A DNA stretch of 64,000 nucleotides, from the sequence record OP310983.1, one strand, 5' to 3'. The notes beneath the pieces were generated by a model. It searched no databases. It was not told the origin of the DNA and was given only the letters and a program-made list of their open reading frames with translations. The translations under genes were made by a program, and so were the position numbers. This document shows, piece by piece, positions 39,170 to 48,230 of the stretch; within the stretch, counting starts at the first letter, position 1, and each line of letters starts with the position of its first letter.

Positions 39170-39367
39170 ACAGTGCAATGATATAGAGCAAGGCAGTTTG
39201 CGTAAAACGCACTGCACTTTAAGGGGGTGATCCAGTCGTAAATAAACCGGGGTACTAAAGTATCGTCAGGAACGACACGAACCCCAACTACGGTGCCTTG
39301 CTACTCACCGACCTCTAGATAGGGGTCGGACCTATTACATTAAAGGAGCCCACCAGGGGCTCCTTTA
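39170..39367 (+). ncRNA. Candidate structured non-coding RNA
   Basis: GC-enriched ORF-free island with nested helices, ending in a terminator (see findings). Confidence 0.45.
39341..39367 (+). terminator. Hairpin terminator
   Basis: TAAAGGAGCCC-ACCAG-GGGCTCCTTTA. Confidence 0.75.
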
Positions 39368-39380
39368 TGCCATTCATTAT

Positions 39381-39403
39381 AAATTAATTTAAATCTATAT
39401 TAC
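39381..39403 (+). promoter_or_regulatory. phiKZ-type early promoter
   Basis: AAATTAATTTAAATC-TATATTAC (39396-39403). Confidence 0.75.
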
Positions 39404-39449
39404 AGGATTACCATAAAGATATTTATCCTTTTATAATGAGGAAAAGATT

Positions 39450-39845
39450 ATGTCCGATATTAATAGCACCAATGTAACAGATGAATTAGTACCTTATTTT
39501 CCATCGGCGGGTGCCATTACTAGTTCTACTATTAGGGATGAAGTAATTCCTAATATTTTGTTATTCTACAAGAATGCTTTTAGTGACTTCCAACACGTTA
39601 GTAATATCACAGGTACTAACCAGATTGCATCAGGTTATTTACCAGGTGTAGGTTATTATTTCGAGTATAGTGTTACCGGTAATGCTAATCTTATTCCACC
39701 TGAAGCAATTAAAGTATTACGTAATGTAATCACTAAAAATGGATATAAAGATGACATTACCATCACACCAAAAGGTTTTGGCCTAATCAATTGGTTCATT
39801 GTAAGAGTATACGTAGATGAGCAAATTAAGAAGACTACTCAATAA
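39450..39845 (+). CDS. Early hypothetical protein
   Basis: 131 aa, GAGG SD. Confidence 0.75.
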   Translation: MSDINSTNVTDELVPYFPSAGAITSSTIRDEVIPNILLFYKNAFSDFQHVSNITGTNQIASGYLPGVGYYFEYSVTGNANLIPPEAIKVLRNVITKNGYKDDITITPKGFGLINWFIVRVYVDEQIKKTTQ

Positions 39846-39993
39846 AGAATTAGAAAAAGAGTTAGTTAAAAAACTAGATTTTCTAGAACGTGATTTTAGA
39901 GCTATAAAAGAAGTTATCAAAACTGGAAAATATCCTGATCCTGTTAATCCGAATCGCAGACAAAGTGATTATGATTTATCTTTTAATAATTAA
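39817..39993 (+). CDS. Small basic protein (58 aa, absent from ORF track)
   Basis: MSKLRRLLNKELEKELVKKLDFLERDF...; fills the gap between neighbours. Confidence 0.55.
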   Translation: MSKLRRLLNKELEKELVKKLDFLERDFRAIKEVIKTGKYPDPVNPNRRQSDYDLSFNN

Positions 39994-40009
39994 CCTATAA
40001 GAGGATGCT

Positions 40010-40411
40010 ATGGAAATCACATTTCCATCTGTAAAAGAAGTAATGACAACTGATCCAGCATTTATTGATTTGGTTCTGAAAAGTAAATTACTTACTATCC
40101 GTAAAGCAATGATTGATGTTATTCGAAACATTGAGAATACATCACTAGCATCTAGTAGGCTTGTTAAACAGAAAAGCTATCCATATCAAACTACTTTCGA
40201 ACTTGTATTTAACCCAAAGGTTTTTAAATGGTTTGATAAAACAGATGCTATCAATATTAAAAATATTCTTCATGCTGAAGTAGTTAACCAGGATTGGGAG
40301 AGTATTGATATTTCTTATAATGGTAGGGATATACATGGTTTTGAAAAAGTGACTATTGTATTAACTCCTATGAAAGATGAAGCTATTAAATATGATCTTT
40401 CAAAAGCATGA
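40010..40411 (+). CDS. Hypothetical protein
   Basis: GAGGA SD, 133 aa. Confidence 0.75.
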   Translation: MEITFPSVKEVMTTDPAFIDLVLKSKLLTIRKAMIDVIRNIENTSLASSRLVKQKSYPYQTTFELVFNPKVFKWFDKTDAINIKNILHAEVVNQDWESIDISYNGRDIHGFEKVTIVLTPMKDEAIKYDLSKA

Positions 40412-40427
40412 ATTAAGATAACATATA

Positions 40428-40449
40428 CCCTCCCCTTTATTGGGGAGGG
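40428..40449 (+). terminator. Hairpin terminator
   Basis: CCCTCCCC-TTTATT-GGGGAGGG. Confidence 0.75.
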
Positions 40450-40653
40450 ATTATTTACTCATATGTTTAATAGAATAAGGACTCTACCTTGGAATAATGC
40501 TAATGCTCTTCACCAGAGAAAAGAGATATATAGATAGACGTATTACACATTATCAGGTTGAGTAGTAAATTAAAACAACCAATAATACGTTATTCAATAT
40601 TGAAATAGTTGTTATAAAACATTTATATTAATCTAATACAGGAAATAAAGAAA

Positions 40654-41364
40654 ATGGGTGATTATGTATATTTAGAAACTCAAGCTAAAGTAAATAATGA
40701 ATGGATTGGTATCGAAGATATTGAACTAACACAGAATTATGATCTTTATGCATATCTACTTGATATTCGCAATTATTGGGATGTAAAACCATTTGCTTAC
40801 CATAATGGTGTTCCTGATGATCTGAAAAAGAAACCAGAATGGTGGAGTAGTTATGATGATGATCCACGCTGTGATGCATGGATTAGTGGTGAAGCTATTC
40901 TAAAAGGTATGAGTGAGCTTAAACCAGTTACTAAAACAGTATATATGAGTCTATATACTTATATGTCCTGGGATCGTATGTCAGAACCAGATTGCTATTC
41001 ACGGTATAGCCCACGTCTTGTAACAGATGAACCAAAAATTAATAAAATCTCTCAAAAACAATTACAGTATTATAAGAATTTAACTGAAAGTTTTTATTCT
41101 CTAAACCTTAAAGCTAATTATGATTGGAAGGTTATCGACGGTCGGTTACAACGAGTCGGGCCTAAATGTGGTAAGAATCACCTACGTAATCTACGTCGAG
41201 TATCGCGTTATCTATCTTTCTGCAATGTTCCTAATGAACCTATCAAAGTAACTTATACACTCACGGCTGATCAACAGCGAAAAGAATTTAAACCTTTTAT
41301 TTATCAAGTCCGAAATGCCGTTCTTAAGTACGGTGATATCCGTCTTCTAATGAGGGTTAGATAA
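40654..41364 (+). CDS. Conserved phage hypothetical protein
   Basis: 236 aa; NYDLYAYLLDIRN...GVPDD pattern common in phage proteins; near-match promoter TATATTAA at 40624. Confidence 0.7.
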   Translation: MGDYVYLETQAKVNNEWIGIEDIELTQNYDLYAYLLDIRNYWDVKPFAYHNGVPDDLKKKPEWWSSYDDDPRCDAWISGEAILKGMSELKPVTKTVYMSLYTYMSWDRMSEPDCYSRYSPRLVTDEPKINKISQKQLQYYKNLTESFYSLNLKANYDWKVIDGRLQRVGPKCGKNHLRNLRRVSRYLSFCNVPNEPIKVTYTLTADQQRKEFKPFIYQVRNAVLKYGDIRLLMRVR

Positions 41365-42017
41365 TGGCAATGACAGCTATTGTCGGTAGTCGCTATGCCC
41401 CTACATGGGCCCTAGAATTGATGATACGCGCAGGAAGAACATTTGTTGATCTAGGTATAGGTATTTCATCAGGCGATGCATATGGATCAGATAGAGCTGG
41501 TTGGTATGGTGCAATTCAGTCTGATAAATGGGATACAGTAGAAAGTCGTATTTACATTATTCGAAATGGATTTCTTGGAAGACGAATTGAGAATCTAGCG
41601 TGGTTTCATGATGCCTCCGTATATACTGATACCATTCCCACAGCTATGGCAATGGCCTGTGCAGCTCGGGGAAGTTTCAATGGTTTAGGTAGAACAGGTA
41701 TTGAACTACATACTCGTAATGTATTTCAAATTCATGGCCATACTTTACGTGAACCTGTTTCAACTATTATTGCATACGGTGAACAAAAGACACCAACCTC
41801 TGTAATTAGTGGTGGTACTAATACAGCGTGGCAGTTGGCATTAGATGCAAATGTGCCAACTATGTATAACCTATACTGGTCCGATGATGTAAAGAGACTA
41901 GAAGAATGGTTAAATAAAAATGAATCTGATGAGCCATATATGCCAATTGATTGGTCTGAAATCTTAGATCCTAGAGATAGCCGTCTACCTGAATTGATGG
42001 ATGAATATAATAATTAA
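41364..42017 (+). CDS. SLOG (DprA/Smf-like) nucleotide-binding domain protein
   Basis: AIVGSR, ISSGDAYGSDRA, RN, SGGTNTAW motifs. Confidence 0.75.
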   Translation: MAMTAIVGSRYAPTWALELMIRAGRTFVDLGIGISSGDAYGSDRAGWYGAIQSDKWDTVESRIYIIRNGFLGRRIENLAWFHDASVYTDTIPTAMAMACAARGSFNGLGRTGIELHTRNVFQIHGHTLREPVSTIIAYGEQKTPTSVISGGTNTAWQLALDANVPTMYNLYWSDDVKRLEEWLNKNESDEPYMPIDWSEILDPRDSRLPELMDEYNN

Positions 42018-42050
42018 TTTTCTCAAATGAATTAGTTATAATAGCCAAAA

Positions 42051-42078
42051 TAAACCCTCCTCTTAGTAGGAGGGTTTA
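42051..42078 (+). terminator. Hairpin terminator
   Basis: TAAACCCTCCT-N6-AGGAGGGTTTA. Confidence 0.8.
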
Positions 42079-42120
42079 TATCGTCTCAAATTAGATTATC
42101 AATTAGAAAAGGAACATCAA

Positions 42121-43221
42121 ATGAATTATCGTAATAGCAAACTTACGTTAGTCCAGCAGAAGTGGATTGATCGTTTTATCTCCATTGCTATGGAGGTTGA
42201 TAATGGCCGTGCAATTTCCAATGCATATCGCTATACTCTTAATGAACAGGGAATTAGTTCAGATAGTGAAGATCTACGTATTCACTATCCTTTTGGAGTT
42301 GATAGAAAAGAATTCATCAAAGAACAAATTTACAAACTATGTGATGAAGTTATAAGCCCTTTAAATCTGAAAGCATTCAGAATTAGTGGTGGTTTTGCAT
42401 TACTAGATGATGAAGGAATCATTGGTTTCCTAATGAATGGAATGGAAGGTACCACTAGTCAGAACTTTAGATTATACTCCAATGAAGAACTGATCAAAGT
42501 ATTTAAATTACGTTTTGAAGAAGTATTTGATCAGACTCGTCCACCTAGTATTAAAAGAATTCGGGTTAACTATCAAAATAATGAACTATATAGCTTTAGT
42601 GAAGTTATTTCTGTTCGTAACTACAATCCAAATATGATGGAAATGTATCCATTCCTAGATCGATCTCCAGCTGAAATCTGGACTGAATTCGCTGCATCTG
42701 AATCTAATGTTCTACTATTGATTGGTCCTCCTGGTACTGGTAAGTCTAATTATATCAATGAGATTATTCGGGCTCGTGGTTATAATGATCGTAATGTGTA
42801 TCTAGCTGATCAAGATGATGTACTTGGCCACGCCGGTTTGACTAATTTTATTCGTGGTGTTGAGGATAATTCACTCATTATTACAGAAGACTCTGATAAA
42901 ATGGTGGCTAAACGTGTAGATGGTAATAGTAATATGTCAGGGCTATTAAATGCTACAGCTGGTCTAGTATCTACTAAGACCAAGATTATCATTTCTACTA
43001 ATCTTCCGACTCTTCGTGATGTTGATGAAGCTTTAGTTCGACCTGGCCGTGCTTTCGATATTCTTACCTTCAAAACACTTACTGCTGAACAAGCGAATGC
43101 AGCTCGTTTAGCTAATGGTCTAGATCCAGTTGAGTTTGTCGGTAATAATCTTACTTTAGCTGAAGCATTGAATACTAGTTCTTGCAGTAGCCCACGCAAA
43201 GCAAGTCGTGTAGGTTTCTAA
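42121..43221 (+). CDS. AAA+ ATPase (gp208-like)
   Basis: GPPGTGKS, IITEDSD, IISTN, DEALVRPGR. Confidence 0.88.
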   Translation: MNYRNSKLTLVQQKWIDRFISIAMEVDNGRAISNAYRYTLNEQGISSDSEDLRIHYPFGVDRKEFIKEQIYKLCDEVISPLNLKAFRISGGFALLDDEGIIGFLMNGMEGTTSQNFRLYSNEELIKVFKLRFEEVFDQTRPPSIKRIRVNYQNNELYSFSEVISVRNYNPNMMEMYPFLDRSPAEIWTEFAASESNVLLLIGPPGTGKSNYINEIIRARGYNDRNVYLADQDDVLGHAGLTNFIRGVEDNSLIITEDSDKMVAKRVDGNSNMSGLLNATAGLVSTKTKIIISTNLPTLRDVDEALVRPGRAFDILTFKTLTAEQANAARLANGLDPVEFVGNNLTLAEALNTSSCSSPRKASRVGF

Positions 43222-43328
43222 GGAAAAGTAAGCTGCTTTTAAACTAGCGAAGAAACATGAATTCCAACGTGTTGTTTATAATCCTGATGACCTTAAAGTA
43301 AAGCATTATTTCACATACGGAGATCAGC

Positions 43329-43931
43329 ATGCAGCGCAATAATGACCCGCAGCAAGTAATCATGTCGATTGAGATGTACAATAGCCTACTGGCTATGGCT
43401 AATGATTCACCTCATTACACGACAAAACTTATCCAACGTCACGTGCGAAAGATGAATCCTTTTTTACAACCTGCACATCTAAAGAATGTCAGAACTAAGG
43501 AAGCTATTCGGTCCCAACGTATTCGTGAAGCTCGGGCTTTCTTCGAAGCCAATCATAGAAAAATTCTGTACGCAAAGGTTGATATGGGTAACTGTAAAAA
43601 AGGAGATGATCCGGTTTACTTCCCATGCATATCTGAACGTATTGCCAAGAATAGACAACTAATCCAAGTTCGTCATGCCAATGAAGTTGGTTATGGACGG
43701 TGCATCCGGTTGGTAGAGGCTAAATATCTCACAACCATTATTCCTGATGGATATATCCAAGGAACTGGGCCGTATAAAAAATATCTTGTTAAAGAGAATG
43801 GTCCTTACGATATCCGTGAACAAGAAGAAAAACGTAAACAAGCTTTTTCGAGTGAGATAGCTAAGAAGTTTGAGTTCAAACATGATTCTTACGATATGGA
43901 TAATCTCAAAAAGAATTATTATACACAATGA
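43329..43931 (+). CDS. Basic hypothetical protein
   Basis: GGAG SD, 200 aa. Confidence 0.75.
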   Translation: MQRNNDPQQVIMSIEMYNSLLAMANDSPHYTTKLIQRHVRKMNPFLQPAHLKNVRTKEAIRSQRIREARAFFEANHRKILYAKVDMGNCKKGDDPVYFPCISERIAKNRQLIQVRHANEVGYGRCIRLVEAKYLTTIIPDGYIQGTGPYKKYLVKENGPYDIREQEEKRKQAFSSEIAKKFEFKHDSYDMDNLKKNYYTQ

Positions 43932-44058
43932 GATTAGTATAAATGGACATTAGTTTATCTCCAGTATGAGTATTCCAACTTCTTAAATATTACTAAAGAG
44001 CAGACTATGAATATATCAGTGTTTGCTCTTTGGAGGTAATTACTCTGGAGCATCTAAT

Positions 44059-44391
44059 ATGTGTGCAATTCCTGTAATACCTGTATCAAATGACATCACT
44101 GTTATTAAGCCAGGTGATACAGTTTGGTCAACAGGTGTTCTCGGTATGAAAGCATCCTGTGAGCATCCACCAGCGCTATTCTGTATACGGGGTGATGAAC
44201 TTGAAGTTCTAGAAATTAGCCCTCCCACGGAATATGAGAAAAAAGCAATGTATAAGTGCCGCTTAAAAAGAGGCACTGGTCATTTCTGGATCTATCGTAG
44301 TGGGTTTACTAAAATAAAGCCATTTAATCACAATATGACTGGTTATGAGTTTTGGGATGGTGAGAAAATTAGAGAATATGGTGGGCATTAG
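44059..44391 (+). CDS. Hypothetical protein
   Basis: GGAG SD before ATG 44059. Confidence 0.65.
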   Translation: MCAIPVIPVSNDITVIKPGDTVWSTGVLGMKASCEHPPALFCIRGDELEVLEISPPTEYEKKAMYKCRLKRGTGHFWIYRSGFTKIKPFNHNMTGYEFWDGEKIREYGGH

Positions 44392-44402
44392 AGTAAAAGA
44401 AA

Positions 44403-44528
44403 ATGGCTAGCGAAAATAATAAATCAGACATGCAACATGAACAAGAAGAACCACCCATATTCAAAATGCTTTTTCTAAGTGCAGTTATAGGTGGATCATT
44501 ATGGGAAATAATTAGACAGTGGTTTTAG
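44403..44528 (+). CDS. Small membrane peptide (41 aa, absent from track)
   Basis: MASENNKSDMQHEQEEPPIFKMLFLSAVIGGSLWEIIRQWF. Confidence 0.45.
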   Translation: MASENNKSDMQHEQEEPPIFKMLFLSAVIGGSLWEIIRQWF

Positions 44529-44562
44529 CCACTGTCTTTATAATGTATTTTGAGTTATAAAA

Positions 44563-44727
44563 ATGTCCATAGAAAAAGCCTATTCCAATTTAATAGCTTC
44601 AATTAAAACAGTTAGAAAACATTTTCCTAAATTAATTCAAGAGAAGAATTTAGATGAGGAATTACGACGGGAGTTTACGACTCCTATTCAATTCGACCCG
44701 ACTAAGAAATCGGGAAACTCCTTTTGA
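44563..44727 (+). CDS. Small protein (54 aa, absent from track)
   Basis: MSIEKAYSNLIASIK...KKSGNSF; GAG SD; may continue by +1 shift. Confidence 0.5.
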   Translation: MSIEKAYSNLIASIKTVRKHFPKLIQEKNLDEELRREFTTPIQFDPTKKSGNSF

Positions 44728-44911
44728 TAACGAACAGTCAGAAATGGATAAGTTAAAACCAATCGATGACTTTTGGAAAACTAAAACAATTAAACCATCA
44801 GATGCTTATTTAGAAAGAAAGAATGAGCAACTAAAGATGATTAATCCGCATAAAGTTTATAATCCATTCAATGAAAAAGATACGGTATTAAAACCTATTT
44901 CTAAATTATAA
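44654..44911 (+). CDS. Hypothetical protein (start uncertain)
   Basis: +1 frame overlap with the previous ORF; alternative ATG at 44743. Confidence 0.5.
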   Translation: MRNYDGSLRLLFNSTRLRNRETPFDNEQSEMDKLKPIDDFWKTKTIKPSDAYLERKNEQLKMINPHKVYNPFNEKDTVLKPISKL

Positions 44912-44923
44912 AAAGGATTTACT

Positions 44924-45343
44924 ATGAAACAAGATCATCAATTCTGGCATGATAAACCATTTTCAGAAAATGAAGTTAGGAAGAAACTTGGCGGATCGTC
45001 ATTATCCAAACTAAGTACAGAACAGATTTTAGAAGAGTGGCGAACAGAACATATTGAACGTAATACTCCTTTAAGTAAAAGGCTATATGACATTCGTAAT
45101 AAAGCAATCAATGATTACTCACTTACTGATAATCAACAAGTTAATAATTTGTTGCAATATGCAGTGGATCAAGTCTTAGCAGATGTGATCATTATGTTAG
45201 ATGGTTCAGTGCCACATAAGCAATTTCAAATTTCTGAATATGAAATTGAAATGGACAGTAAGGAATTATCGATTAAAGAACATACTCGTCCAATAACTGA
45301 AGATCTACTAAAAAATTATTTTGAATTGGTGAATGGCAAATGA
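44924..45343 (+). CDS. Hypothetical protein
   Basis: AAGGA SD, 139 aa. Confidence 0.75.
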   Translation: MKQDHQFWHDKPFSENEVRKKLGGSSLSKLSTEQILEEWRTEHIERNTPLSKRLYDIRNKAINDYSLTDNQQVNNLLQYAVDQVLADVIIMLDGSVPHKQFQISEYEIEMDSKELSIKEHTRPITEDLLKNYFELVNGK

Positions 45344-45684
45344 CTGAACGTATTCATTACTCAGATCGTAAGTTACCACTGTGTTTTAAAGGTGTTTATG
45401 ACATTCCAGTTGTAACCATCGAAAACTATTGTAAGTGGTATGGTCTTAATATTGTCTATCCAGATGGGCGTGTTGAATGGGTTGACACTGATTTACTTGC
45501 TGAAATAGAACGGGAAAGCAAGTTCGCAGTAATGGGTGATCACAACTATCATCCAATTCTGCTGGACAAAGTAGCTGAGAAGATTGGCGGGGCGGCATGT
45601 GATGTTGCACGTGAGTTGATGACTGGCCGTTGGGTACTAGAGGTTATGGACGGTGAAATCCCTGGTCAAGAAAAATTCTGTTAA
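45340..45684 (+). CDS. Hypothetical protein
   Basis: ATGA coupling, 114 aa. Confidence 0.75.
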   Translation: MTERIHYSDRKLPLCFKGVYDIPVVTIENYCKWYGLNIVYPDGRVEWVDTDLLAEIERESKFAVMGDHNYHPILLDKVAEKIGGAACDVARELMTGRWVLEVMDGEIPGQEKFC

Positions 45685-45697
45685 ATGGATGATTAAA

Positions 45698-46237
45698 ATG
45701 GGTATTGATGTTTTCCCTGTAGTTACCAAACGTTCCACACGTTCTTCAGATGGTGCACGTGTACTTAAATTCATTGACATGCATACATGCGAGGCTCTTA
45801 ACTTTAGCCGTTGCTATTATCTTTGGGATTGGTTAACCGATAATAATGAGTATACCAACCGATTCTGTCGACCGACTCTTAAAGGCTGTGGATTTGGTAC
45901 ACTCGTCAGTGATGACTCGCATCCAGTATGGAACAACTTTGAAGGTCGCCTTTCACAAATTGTCAATTCCAAACAGGACAATCTAACACCGTACGCCTAT
46001 TATAGTGAAGATGGTTGGTACCCACTTACAATGATCTTCAATATGGAAGACCTCTGGAACTTCGATTATGATCAGAAGCCAACGATGTTCGATCAAGATG
46101 TTAATGGTGAAGTCATTTCGGAAAAAACCTATCGCCAGCTATTTTTGAGCAATGGTGTGGATGATGGTTATTTCAAGTTCCTGGAAGAAACTAAAAAGAT
46201 GGAGTGTGTTCACTTCATCGCCCGATTCTGGGGATGA
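45698..46237 (+). CDS. Hypothetical protein
   Basis: MGIDVFPVV start; 179 aa. Confidence 0.7.
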   Translation: MGIDVFPVVTKRSTRSSDGARVLKFIDMHTCEALNFSRCYYLWDWLTDNNEYTNRFCRPTLKGCGFGTLVSDDSHPVWNNFEGRLSQIVNSKQDNLTPYAYYSEDGWYPLTMIFNMEDLWNFDYDQKPTMFDQDVNGEVISEKTYRQLFLSNGVDDGYFKFLEETKKMECVHFIARFWG

Positions 46238-46260
46238 TTACTTAACAGGAAAAGTTAAAA

Positions 46261-46830
46261 ATGGCTATTCTATCTGATAAAACAATCACTGACTTATCTA
46301 AAGGTCGTGAACCAATGATTACGGATTTCATTGGTCACCAGGTCCGTGAAAAAGATGGTAAAAAGATTATTAGTTATGGGCTTAGTTCATATGGGTACGA
46401 TGTAAGGCTAGCCCGTAATTTTAAGATCTTTTCTAATGTAACAAGTGCAGTTATTGACCCATTAGACCCTAGTGATGGATTCTTAGTAGATTGGACTGGT
46501 GATTATTGTATTATTCCACCTAACAGTTATATTCTTGGTCATACTGTAGAATCGTTTAATATTCCAGATGATGTCCTAGCTATTTGCACAGGTAAATCAA
46601 CCTATGCACGACTAGGTGCAATTGTTAATGTCACTCCTATTGAACCAGGTTTCAAAGGACAAGTCGTTATTGAGATTGCAAACTGCACTACACTACCTCT
46701 AAAAATTTATGCTGATATGGGTATTGCTCAGTTTATGTTCTTTAGAGGTGATGCCCCATGTGAAGTTAGTTATGCAAAACGTAATGGTAAATATCAAAAT
46801 CAAATTGGTATCACAACAGCGAGACTTTAA
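46261..46830 (+). CDS. dcd: dCTP deaminase
   Basis: ISYGLSSYGYDVRL, GKSTYARLG, TPIEPGFKG, YQNQ. Confidence 0.95.
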   Translation: MAILSDKTITDLSKGREPMITDFIGHQVREKDGKKIISYGLSSYGYDVRLARNFKIFSNVTSAVIDPLDPSDGFLVDWTGDYCIIPPNSYILGHTVESFNIPDDVLAICTGKSTYARLGAIVNVTPIEPGFKGQVVIEIANCTTLPLKIYADMGIAQFMFFRGDAPCEVSYAKRNGKYQNQIGITTARL

Positions 46831-46832
46831 TA

Positions 46833-47069
46833 ATGCTTAGTCCTAACCAAGAAAAGTTTGTCAGTCGGCTAACTGAAATTACAAAGGCATCTGATTCAGA
46901 ACTTTGTGCAGTTAATGATACAATCTCATTTGATATTTCAACTGATAACATGCATGCTGAATTCTTTAATTTGGTTGCTGAACTGCATTTTAAGATTGTT
47001 CATATGTTTCCAATTAACCAATATAACACTCGTTATCGGGTTGTTATTCATGAACCATTCTATCTATGA
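46833..47069 (+). CDS. Hypothetical protein
   Basis: 78 aa coupled to dcd. Confidence 0.65.
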   Translation: MLSPNQEKFVSRLTEITKASDSELCAVNDTISFDISTDNMHAEFFNLVAELHFKIVHMFPINQYNTRYRVVIHEPFYL

Positions 47070-47101
47070 TTGACCAACATAGTGGTTTATACATTTAAAG
47101 C

Positions 47102-47132
47102 ATTTTAAACAGTATATCACAAATGTGATATA
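47102..47132 (+). promoter_or_regulatory. Early-type promoter overlapped by an inverted repeat
   Basis: ATTTTAAACAG-TATATCAC; TATATCACA-AA-TGTGATATA palindrome at 47113-47132. Confidence 0.6.
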
Positions 47133-47159
47133 ATCAACATATATAGGAGATTCTAATAC

Positions 47160-47636
47160 ATGTCACGCAATACTATTTCTTCCTGGAGTGAACTTGGTTC
47201 AATGCTGGGTGTACAGCCGAAGCCGGTTCAGAAGAAACAGAAAAATCGAGCTAAAAAGAATCATGAAGCTGCGGTTCGTAAAAATTCTAGGGAAACCTTT
47301 ATGGACATTGCTGCAAAACAAACTAAATCAAGTCCTAACTTCCGTAAGAACAAACAAAAAGATGTTCGTCATTGCAGTGTATGTGATAATATTAAACTAA
47401 AAGAAAATGGTATCGAAGAAGGGCGGGCCAAACCAATTGGTATGACCGAATTAGCTAAGTTCAAAGTTGAGCTAGCAAAAAATGGTCTTGAGCTATTCGG
47501 TTGTGAAGTACGTAAGCAAGAATCTTTTGCAGATGCATTTTATGGTAATAATACCATTTGTGAAGAAACTGCAAAGCTGATTAAAGCATACCAGGAAGAG
47601 TTTGATTCAGTCTTCCGCCGCGCTATTACTGCCTAA
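47160..47636 (+). CDS. Basic early protein with CxxC
   Basis: AGGAG SD, 158 aa, Lys/Arg-rich N-half. Confidence 0.8.
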   Translation: MSRNTISSWSELGSMLGVQPKPVQKKQKNRAKKNHEAAVRKNSRETFMDIAAKQTKSSPNFRKNKQKDVRHCSVCDNIKLKENGIEEGRAKPIGMTELAKFKVELAKNGLELFGCEVRKQESFADAFYGNNTICEETAKLIKAYQEEFDSVFRRAITA

Positions 47637-47642
47637 CGATAT

Positions 47643-47662
47643 AGGGGACCTTCTGGTCCCCT
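47643..47662 (+). terminator. Hairpin terminator
   Basis: AGGGGACC-TTCT-GGTCCCCT. Confidence 0.75.
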
Positions 47663-47693
47663 TAGTCATTATTATTTTTTTTGGATTTTAGCT

Positions 47694-47885
47694 ATGGATG
47701 ATATTGAAAAGAAAATAGCCAAAATGGAAGCTCTATTTAGGTACCATGGTATTACCGTTGATATTAACCATAAGTTGAAACCTAATGCTAAGACAAAATT
47801 AACTCGTGCGGAAATTAACCGATTACAAATACAATATGATAAGCTTTTAGCTGAACGCGAAGAAGCTTTAAAAGCAATTCCTTAA
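47694..47885 (+). CDS. Small hypothetical protein
   Basis: 63 aa. Confidence 0.65.
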   Translation: MDDIEKKIAKMEALFRYHGITVDINHKLKPNAKTKLTRAEINRLQIQYDKLLAEREEALKAIP

Positions 47886-47904
47886 ATTATTGAGGATTTA
47901 TAAA

Positions 47905-48120
47905 ATGTTCAAGCGCGTTATGAGATATATTCGTGTTTTGAAATTAATTGTTATTTTCTATGTTAGGCGACAACTGGGTTTACACGATTATTGTACACGA
48001 AAAAATACAATTGCATTAGATCGTGAAAATAATAAACGTGTTCAAATAAATGCTATTTCTCGTAAAGTCGAAGAAGCATTATTTAAAGTTGAACTAGCTG
48101 CGATAATGAGTAAGCGGTAA
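47905..48120 (+). CDS. Small basic protein
   Basis: GAGGA SD before ATG 47905. Confidence 0.65.
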   Translation: MFKRVMRYIRVLKLIVIFYVRRQLGLHDYCTRKNTIALDRENNKRVQINAISRKVEEALFKVELAAIMSKR

Positions 48121-48132
48121 TGTTGTCATAAA

Positions 48133-48177
48133 GCCCTCCCTTCGGGGAGGGCTATTGCACTAAATTTTATTTGAGAT
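48133..48177 (+). repeat. 45-bp terminator-plus-promoter cassette, copy 1
   Basis: GCCCTCCCTTCGGGGAGGGCTATTGCACTAAATTTTATTTGAGAT, identical to 63885-63929. Confidence 0.9.
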
Positions 48178-48230
48178 CTACATTATAGATTAGCATATAC
48201 TAATGGAAACATCTACATGAGGTAATTATC

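Noticed and set aside
39170-39340. tRNA or tmRNA interpretation of the structured element
   Set aside because: No T-loop GTTCRA, no cloverleaf spacing, no CCA end or tag ORF
40463-40537. 24-codon ORF after the terminator
   Set aside because: No SD, too short; possibly a gene remnant
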